A stretch of DNA of 64,000 nucleotides, taken from the NCBI GenBank assembly GCA_964439805.1, contig CAYTOI010000003.1, forward strand, positions 36,844 through 100,843, written 5' to 3'. The stretch's first letter is position 1. Every line of letters begins with the position of its first letter. The DNA is from an uncultured Pseudomonadales bacterium (GTDB lineage: Bacteria > Patescibacteriota > Microgenomatia > UBA1400 > MFAQ01). Made by a program: the position numbers and the translations under genes. The notes beneath the pieces are model-generated. The model was not told where the DNA came from. It saw only the letters and a program-made list of their open reading frames with translations, and did not search any database. Below, one piece after another: positions 58,022 to 64,000 of the stretch.

Positions 58022-58612
58022 CTACCACCTATTGCAAATCACCTCCAAAACTCTCTCATGAACCTGTTCTGGCGTGCCTTCGGCCTCAACGACCTCCCAC
58101 CCAAACTCCCTTGCCAGTTCTCTGTGGATTTCCCTATTTCTCTCCCACGTTCCCTCAGCAGACGACTCAAACCTGTGCCCAGACTCAATCCCGCTGCTAA
58201 ACCTTTCCCCATCCAGCAGTATCGAGACATCTGGCACCAAGAGGTCAGAGTTTATCTCATATAAATAAGACCTTGAAACCCCCTTAGTAAGCCCCCAAGC
58301 TATCCCTGTGCCCAAATAGTCTTCGGCAAAAACGTCACCATCCTTGAGCATCTCCAGGAGGCAAGGCTCATATTCACGCCTGTCTTGTGCGTAGACCGTT
58401 TGCAGTTCGAGCTCGCTTAGGATTCTCTCTTCTGGCGCTCCCCGCAGCTCCCTATTGATAATTATTCCAGTAGGAGTGTCATACCTAGGATACTTAATGC
58501 GAAAATACGGCCTTTCTAGCTCTCTCCAGGTTTCTTCCAACAAGTCTAGCTGCTTGGATTTACCCAAATTATTTGCCGCATAAACAACAACAAACTTACC
58601 TCTGCTGGACAT
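58022..58612 (-). CDS. tmk: Thymidylate kinase (divergent P-loop)
   Basis: NNLGKS.Q, YP.Y....G..I, .DR, PD...LLD, H..E. Confidence 0.8.
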   Translation of the reverse strand: MSSRGKFVVVYAANNLGKSKQLDLLEETWRELERPYFRIKYPRYDTPTGIIINRELRGAPEERILSELELQTVYAQDRREYEPCLLEMLKDGDVFAEDYLGTGIAWGLTKGVSRSYLYEINSDLLVPDVSILLDGERFSSGIESGHRFESSAEGTWERNREIHRELAREFGWEVVEAEGTPEQVHERVLEVICNRW

Positions 58613-58769
58613 CCTCTTTTTTCACCTTTCCCAGCTTTTTAAGTTCTTCCACAATATCAGCAGGAAGTTCAGCCTGAGGATCTTTTATATACATCCTGTA
58701 TTCTTTCAAAATATCTTCGTAAGATTGTGGTTCAACCCTGTTTTCTGGCCAATAGTTTTTTTCAGTCAT
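58596..58769 (-). CDS. Small hypothetical protein (57 aa, absent from ORF track)
   Basis: MTEKNYWPENRVEPQ...; fills the gap and overlaps the tmk start. Confidence 0.5.
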   Translation of the reverse strand: MTEKNYWPENRVEPQSYEDILKEYRMYIKDPQAELPADIVEELKKLGKVKKEDVQQR

Positions 58770-58812
58770 AACTACAAACTTAAACCATATCTCAACGATT
58801 GTCCATCCTTAT

Positions 58813-58836
58813 TTTGAGTTTTTGATTTTTTGAGTT
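58813..58836. repeat. Degenerate octamer array after Nramp stop
   Basis: tttgagtt-tttgattt-tttgagtt. Confidence 0.6.
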
Positions 58837-58839
58837 TTT

Positions 58840-60114
58840 TCACTTCCCCCAATTCCAAAACATCAAAAGCACCGACAGTGCCATAAACACAAAAGTAATC
58901 CAAGCAATTACCAAATATTTTTTCTCAGTTTTAAACTTCCCCACCACGTCTTCCCTACCAGCAAGCTTAATGATTATAAAAATAAGCGGCACAGCCACTA
59001 CACCATTTACCACAGCCGCATAATACAATGCCTGCATAGTATTAATTCCAAACAAATTCATAAAAACGCCTACCATAGTAGCCACTGCCAAAATCAAATA
59101 AAATCCCTTTGCGGAACTAAACTTTTTATTCAACCCCTCCTTAATACCCAGCGCTTCTGAAACTGCATAAGCTACCGACCCAGCCAACACTGGAACAGAC
59201 TGCAAGCCTATACCAATAATTCCAAAAGCAAACAATAGATAGGCAAATTCTCCAGCAAGAGGTCTGAGGGCGAGAGCTGCTTGCTCCGCACTTTGTATTT
59301 CAAAAATTCCATTTGCATGCAAAGTCCCTGCAGTAGTAACCACAATAAAAAAAGTCATCAAGTTGGAAAACAACATTCCCACCTTCGTATCCAACCTCAT
59401 CTTTTTAATTTCACTCATATTTACCACCGGCTTTTGTCCGAAATCCGATATCTGATATCTGACATCTGAGATCTCTTCCTCCACTTCTTGTGAAGCTTGC
59501 CAAAAAAATAAATATGGCGAAATTGTCGTCCCCAAAAATCCCACTAAAGTCATAATGTAGTCTGTACTCCAATCAATTCTGGGAACCAGAGTCACTTTCA
59601 AAATCTCTAGCCAGTCAGGGTGAATCATAAAAGCCGTAATCACATAAACTACTAACGAAAGACCAAGCCACTTCAGCACTTCAGAATATTTTTTGTACGG
59701 TACCCAAATCTCCAAAACCACCACAAACATGGCAACCAGAAATAGCCAAAAGATAAAGTTCAGCCCAAAAACCATTTGCAATGACGAAGCCATAATCCCC
59801 AGATCAGCTCCAATATTTACAATATTTGCAAATGCGAGAAGTGATACAGCAAACCACATTACTCTTTTGGAACTAAACTTTTTAAGAATTCCAGCTAAAC
59901 CTCTCCCTGTAGTCATCCCTACTCTGCCACACATCTCTTGAATAGATATCATGGCTGGCAGCAAAAACAGAGCAAGCCATGTCATCCCAAAACCAAACTT
60001 TGCCCCAGCAATAGAATAAGTAGCTATTCCGCTCGGATCATCATCTGCCGCGCCGGTGACAAAACCTGGACCAACTCTTTTTACAAACTTTTTAAAAAAT
60101 ACCGGAAACTTCAT
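58840..60114 (-). CDS. Nramp-family divalent metal transporter
   Basis: GPG..TGAADDDPSGIATYS, GTTISPYLFFWQ. Confidence 0.9.
   Translation of the reverse strand: MKFPVFFKKFVKRVGPGFVTGAADDDPSGIATYSIAGAKFGFGMTWLALFLLPAMISIQEMCGRVGMTTGRGLAGILKKFSSKRVMWFAVSLLAFANIVNIGADLGIMASSLQMVFGLNFIFWLFLVAMFVVVLEIWVPYKKYSEVLKWLGLSLVVYVITAFMIHPDWLEILKVTLVPRIDWSTDYIMTLVGFLGTTISPYLFFWQASQEVEEEISDVRYQISDFGQKPVVNMSEIKKMRLDTKVGMLFSNLMTFFIVVTTAGTLHANGIFEIQSAEQAALALRPLAGEFAYLLFAFGIIGIGLQSVPVLAGSVAYAVSEALGIKEGLNKKFSSAKGFYLILAVATMVGVFMNLFGINTMQALYYAAVVNGVVAVPLIFIIIKLAGREDVVGKFKTEKKYLVIAWITFVFMALSVLLMFWNWGK
59438..59472. repeat. Heptamer array in frame in Nramp loop
   Basis: ccgaaat-ccgatat-ctgatat-ctgacat-ctgagat = ISDVRYQISDF. 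Confidence 0.85.
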
Positions 60115-60176
60115 TAATCTAATAATACACAAAAAAGACCCTATCACCAAAAGGCAATAGGGTCACTCGTAAATTA

Positions 60177-60710
60177 CTATCCTTCCCAATTTGAAACCTG
60201 AAAACCAATAGCTCCCATATCACTCTTGTCAACTTCAAGTTTATGGTCTACATAAGTTACATAGTTTGCAGACTTTGCTCTTACCATGGTGCCATTCACA
60301 CCATCATCAATAAAAGATACAAGTACCATTAGATTTCTGTCTTGCACCTTTCCGATCCAGTCCAAAGCATTACTCTTCGATATTTCAGGTGTACTGATTC
60401 TTTCCCAACAGTGATCCGGACCAGCAACCAGCACCACCCATCGAAGCTCGTCTTTGATTTTTTTGGATGAATATTCCTTTTCCATAAGATCTTGAAAGAA
60501 TTTTGCCGATGACTGAAACAAAAATGAGACATCCAAAGTTTTATCTGCCAGCACTTTTACAATTGCCACATTTACCTTTTTGTAACGAATTGCAAAATAC
60601 TCTCCATTGTTACAAGAAACAACTTCGTAGCTCTTTCTGAGGTTTTTGGGGATAGACAGGGATACTAACTCAAAGTCTGTAATCTCAACAGCATCACGAG
60701 CAATTTTCAT
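60177..60710 (-). CDS. Orphan protein, family B long form
   Basis: GGAGG SD; EL.W...W.....P..SK..AL..IG shared with 61031; terminator 60131-60164. Confidence 0.7.
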   Translation of the reverse strand: MKIARDAVEITDFELVSLSIPKNLRKSYEVVSCNNGEYFAIRYKKVNVAIVKVLADKTLDVSFLFQSSAKFFQDLMEKEYSSKKIKDELRWVVLVAGPDHCWERISTPEISKSNALDWIGKVQDRNLMVLVSFIDDGVNGTMVRAKSANYVTYVDHKLEVDKSDMGAIGFQVSNWEG

Positions 60711-60755
60711 ACATCCTCCAGTTAAGTTAATGTAAGTTCTGCGAGAATTATATCA

Positions 60756-60787
60756 GCACAAAAAAAGACGAGCCCGAAAGCCCGTCT
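60756..60787 (-). terminator. Terminator-like repeat, near-identical to 61635-61665
   Basis: gcacaaaaaaagacgagcccgaaagcccgtct. Confidence 0.8.
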
Positions 60788-60794
60788 CGACAAC

Positions 60795-61028
60795 CTAGTT
60801 TCTATTCTTTTCAAAAATCTCCTGAAACTTAACAGATTCTTGCAACTCAGGAAAATACCAAAAATCAAACATTGATCCGTTTAGCTTAAACTTAGCAACT
60901 ACCGTTTTTGGGTCAGACTCCAATATTACTTTACAATCTCCATCGACATCATCAGGAGTTTGAATTCTGTAACCTTCAGGCAGAGCCAAACGGATAAAAT
61001 ACAAAAAATGAAATGAGGATGAGGCCAC
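60795..61028 (-). CDS. Orphan protein, family B short form
   Basis: LPEGYRI...VV..F...F.EIFEK. Confidence 0.6.
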   Translation of the reverse strand: MASSSFHFLYFIRLALPEGYRIQTPDDVDGDCKVILESDPKTVVAKFKLNGSMFDFWYFPELQESVKFQEIFEKNRN

Positions 61029-61030
61029 GT

Positions 61031-61561
61031 CTACCCCGATTCCAAAGTGGTGAATTCAATCATTGCTGGCCCCAGATCAGTCAAGCCAAGCAATGGATCT
61101 TCCACCGTTCCAAGCAGTTGAAAACTGTGGACATATTCCAAACCATTGATCATTTCGTCCCACTTATTAGAATAAAAGCCAATCAGCATGGCGCCTTGTT
61201 TCATAACCGATGGCCCAATATTAGCCAAAGCTTCATCTTTGCTTGTCGCTGGGGCACCCATATATCCCCACTTTCTCTCATAGGAGGGGAAGACCAGAAG
61301 CCAATTTAGCTCCTTGGTGGGGAAAAAGCGCTCGCTAAGCAACTTTTCGAAACGATCACCTTTAGAGCCTGCGGTAATCTGGAACAAAAAGCCTGTAGTT
61401 TCGGCAGAGACGACAGCAATTTGAGATGATCCACATAAAACTACAAACTTATCAGCTTCACCTTCTGCAGTTTCAAGCTGATCAAACGTATACCCATCGG
61501 GCAAGGTTCGATCCAGTCTTAATGCAGTCGAATCCGGAACCAAATTATATGGAACAATCAT
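61031..61561 (-). CDS. Orphan protein, family B long form
   Basis: AAGGAG SD before ATG 61561; LPDGYTF. Confidence 0.7.
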   Translation of the reverse strand: MIVPYNLVPDSTALRLDRTLPDGYTFDQLETAEGEADKFVVLCGSSQIAVVSAETTGFLFQITAGSKGDRFEKLLSERFFPTKELNWLLVFPSYERKWGYMGAPATSKDEALANIGPSVMKQGAMLIGFYSNKWDEMINGLEYVHSFQLLGTVEDPLLGLTDLGPAMIEFTTLESG

Positions 61562-61601
61562 GATTAACTCCTTGTTATAGTGCAAAAATGTGTACTCATA
61601 T

Positions 61602-61630
61602 ATTATAAGCCTAATACCAGTTTATGTCAA
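61602..61630 (-). promoter_or_regulatory. Consensus sigma70 promoter
   Basis: TTGACA-N17-TATAAT on minus strand. Confidence 0.85.
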
Positions 61631-61634
61631 ATAC

Positions 61635-61665
61635 GCACAAAAAAGACGAGCCCAAAGGCCCGTCT
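61635..61665 (-). terminator. Terminator-like repeat (duplicate)
   Basis: gcacaaaaaagacgagcccaaaggcccgtct. Confidence 0.8.
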
Positions 61666-61672
61666 TAGCATC

Positions 61673-61948
61673 CTATTTTTCTTCAATAAACAAGCACTCA
61701 ACCTCATCAGTACTATTGTGCTTTTCAAAGGCAGCAATAAAAGCCCGCTTGATACTCTCGGTAGGTGTGTATGCATAAACCGATAAAGTTTTTCCTGCTG
61801 TAATTTGGCAACTTCCAACCATACGCTTGTTAACATCATAAATTCCAAACCCAACACCCGGAGCAATACGGATCCTGTAATTTTTCGGAATTACCTTTAA
61901 AATGCTTTCCTTTGAATCACTTTCTACCTGCACTTTTACGATTTTCAT
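61673..61948 (-). CDS. Orphan protein, family B short form
   Basis: GGAGG SD; IPKNYRI...F...FEK. Confidence 0.65.
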   Translation of the reverse strand: MKIVKVQVESDSKESILKVIPKNYRIRIAPGVGFGIYDVNKRMVGSCQITAGKTLSVYAYTPTESIKRAFIAAFEKHNSTDEVECLFIEEK

Positions 61949-61961
61949 TCAACCTCCAAAA

Positions 61962-62225
61962 CTACTGAAATTTTTCAGAATGTTTATCTTTAACTAAACC
62001 GCAAATTGCCCTGCCATAGTCGTCTTTTGTAAAAACAACCACTGCTTTCTTTTCATCTTCAAAAGATACAGTTGCCAAAAGACCTAATCCCCAATAAACC
62101 TTATATTCATCATCACATTTTTCTATACGAAAAAGGAACATCAGGTCTTTAAAAATTTCCTTAACAAAATCTTCATTGTCGCCAGCAAAATTTAAAAAAT
62201 CAGATTTGTAGAAAAATAGAGTCAC
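61962..62225 (-). CDS. Orphan protein, possible family B short form
   Basis: TATAAT, GGAGG, GTG 62225. Confidence 0.6.
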   Translation of the reverse strand: MTLFFYKSDFLNFAGDNEDFVKEIFKDLMFLFRIEKCDDEYKVYWGLGLLATVSFEDEKKAVVVFTKDDYGRAICGLVKDKHSEKFQ

Positions 62226-62265
62226 GGCCACCTCCAGACTATTATAATGTTAAGTACTTATAGGC

Positions 62266-64000
62266 TTATTTTACCACATCAACTTCACTGTCAGTCTTTG
62301 GTTCTGGCTTCTTCCAGCTTGCCCAGGTACAGTTTGGATAATCTTCACAGCCATAAAAGTCCCTATTTTTACTCGTTTTCTTCTGGACCACTCTCTTTCC
62401 ACACTTCTCGCAGACCACGTCTGGAATATAAATTATGTAAGGCGCTTTGTACTTACATTCAGGATATCTATTGCAGCTTAAGAACTTCCCAAACTTCCCG
62501 TCTCTGATTACAATATTCCCCTCTTTGCACTCTGGACATTTCTCCCCTGTCTCTTCTGTTGGCACCCCTACCCTAGCCGAGTCCTTGTCCACCTTTACAA
62601 TTTGCTCACTAAATAGTCCCCAAAAATTTGAGAGCATCTTCTCCCAGTTAAGTTTTCCGGCTGCAATTTCGTCTAGCTCTGTTTCCATCTTGGCCGTAAA
62701 CTCGTATTCCATTTCTTTAGCAAAGTTCTCCACCAAAAAGTCGACAACTGCTTTACCAATTGATGTGGGGTAGAATCTTTTCTCTTTTTGCTCTACGTAT
62801 CGCCTGTCAATAATCGTGGAAATAATTGCCGCGTAAGTACTAGGTCTTCCTATTCCCCTCTTTTCTAGCTCTTTGATTATCGAAGCGTCATTAAACCTTG
62901 CTGGTGGCTGAGTAAATTTCTGCTCACCCTTTACTTCTTTTTTCTCCAAGGTCTCTTCTGGAGCCACTTCTGGCAAAGTTTGAGAATCTTCTTCACCATT
63001 TTCGGACTTTACTTTGTCTTTGGGAAATAGTTTCTTCCAACCATCAAATACTGTTACCACTCCATTTGCAGTTAACAAGTATTTCCCAGAAACCACCTCT
63101 ACTCTTGTGTCGTCAAATATTGCTTCTGCCATCTGACAGGCCACAGTTCTTCGCCAAATTAAAGAATAAAGTTTTTTCTGATCGGGGTCGGACTCTCCCG
63201 TAAAGTTTTCTGGAGTCACAGTCAAATTTGTCGGACGTACCGCTTCGTGAGCTTCTTGAGCTACTACTTTACCTGCAGTTTTATAAAGCTTAGGAGCAGT
63301 AGGTAAATACTTTTCCCCATAGTTTAATTTAATAAAGTCTCGGACAGCTTCAATGGCCACAGGTGCCAAATTAAAAGAGTCAGTACGGTGATAGGTAATA
63401 TCTCCCTGTTCGTAAAGCCTCTGAGCCACATTCATAGTTCTCTTTGCTGACCAGCCCAAAGTGTTTGCTGCAGCTTGCTGCAAAGTAGAAGTTTTAAATG
63501 GTGCGTAAGGATTTGCTTTTCTCTTTGTCTTTTTTACATCAGCTACTTTATAAGTTCCACTTTCCAAGTCCCTAAGAACTTGTTTTGCCAATTCCGAATT
63601 ATTTACTTCCTGTTTCTTGTCACTAATCTTTGCGAGCTCCACCCAAAAGTTTTCTTGAGTTCTAGAGTTCTTGAGTTCTTGAGTTCTTAATAGTACCCTA
63701 ATCTGCCAATACTCCTGTGGCTTATGTGCTTCTATTTCTCTCTCTTTTTCTACAATCAATCTCACAGCAACACTCTGCACTCTACCAGCCGAAAGCCCTC
63801 TTCGCACTTTCTTCCACAAAATTGGAGAAAGTTTGTAGCCCACCAAACGATCCAAAAATCGCCTCGCCTGTTGCGAGTTAACAAGATCCATATCTATCTC
63901 CCTAGGGTTATCCAAAGCCTCCAAAATTGCATCTTTGGTAATAGAATGAAAAGCAATTCTCTTAAAAACCTTATCTTTTTTCTTTTTACTTTCACTGTCT
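62266..64000 (-). CDS. topA: DNA topoisomerase I, 5' part outside window
   Basis: RR.LDRLVGY, SAGRVQS, ITYHRTDS, AHEA.RP, GIGRPSTY, C4 zinc ribbons. Confidence 0.97.
   Translation of the reverse strand, partial: DSESKKKKDKVFKRIAFHSITKDAILEALDNPREIDMDLVNSQQARRFLDRLVGYKLSPILWKKVRRGLSAGRVQSVAVRLIVEKEREIEAHKPQEYWQIRVLLRTQELKNSRTQENFWVELAKISDKKQEVNNSELAKQVLRDLESGTYKVADVKKTKRKANPYAPFKTSTLQQAAANTLGWSAKRTMNVAQRLYEQGDITYHRTDSFNLAPVAIEAVRDFIKLNYGEKYLPTAPKLYKTAGKVVAQEAHEAVRPTNLTVTPENFTGESDPDQKKLYSLIWRRTVACQMAEAIFDDTRVEVVSGKYLLTANGVVTVFDGWKKLFPKDKVKSENGEEDSQTLPEVAPEETLEKKEVKGEQKFTQPPARFNDASIIKELEKRGIGRPSTYAAIISTIIDRRYVEQKEKRFYPTSIGKAVVDFLVENFAKEMEYEFTAKMETELDEIAAGKLNWEKMLSNFWGLFSEQIVKVDKDSARVGVPTEETGEKCPECKEGNIVIRDGKFGKFLSCNRYPECKYKAPYIIYIPDVVCEKCGKRVVQKKTSKNRDFYGCEDYPNCTWASWKKPEPKTDSEVDVVK
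63654..63685. repeat. Octamer array in frame in TopA
   Basis: cttgagtt-ctagagtt-cttgagtt-cttgagtt = TQELKNSRTQE. Confidence 0.9.

Noticed and set aside
55500-62260. Classical integron
   Set aside because: No intI and no RYYYAAC/GTTRRRY attC cores; units carry their own promoters
7781-63685. CRISPR array interpretation of the repeats
   Set aside because: Units are 7-8 nt tandem without spacers, dispersed, and no cas genes are present
158-63690. Many antisense or overlapping ORFs in the track (e.g. 14491..14961, 16779..17297, 23311..23637, 54609..54998)
   Set aside because: Shadows of well-supported genes on the other strand or frame
1-64000. Alternative genetic code (TGA=Gly as in Gracilibacteria/Absconditabacteria)
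   Set aside because: Core genes are intact in code 11 and several end at TGA (e.g. rluA-like, frr, rseP)

Overview
64 kb of a small-genome, low-GC bacterium that looks like Patescibacteria/CPR (Microgenomates-like). The lineage call is inferred from shortened YebC, EF-Ts, RF1 and FolD, an extended L31 and S2, and CPR-style hypothetical proteins. Most housekeeping genes lie on the minus strand: efp, sod, dnaB, ctpA, rpsF-ssb-rpsR, ychF, cysS, dnaX-ybaB-recR, rseP-hit-rpsU-yqeY-ybeY, frr, rpsB-tsf, folD, tmk and topA. The window also holds one tRNA-Leu(CAA) and a glycosylation locus with an AT-rich core. No integrase, transposase, CRISPR or rRNA is visible. Three non-obvious layers stand out. 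(1) Thirteen short tandem arrays of the octamer CTTGAGTT and four of the heptamer CTGAGAT all have one orientation, and many are translated in frame inside core enzymes (NSRTQELK / QISD peptides). (2) About 20 self-contained orphan-gene units (sigma70 promoter + strong SD + ORF + intrinsic terminator) sit between housekeeping genes that look leaderless or SD-less, and neighbouring units share near-identical terminators. (3) Several REP-like palindromes and a mirror-repeat element built from the tRNA 3' end are present. All calls are by eye; no searches were run.
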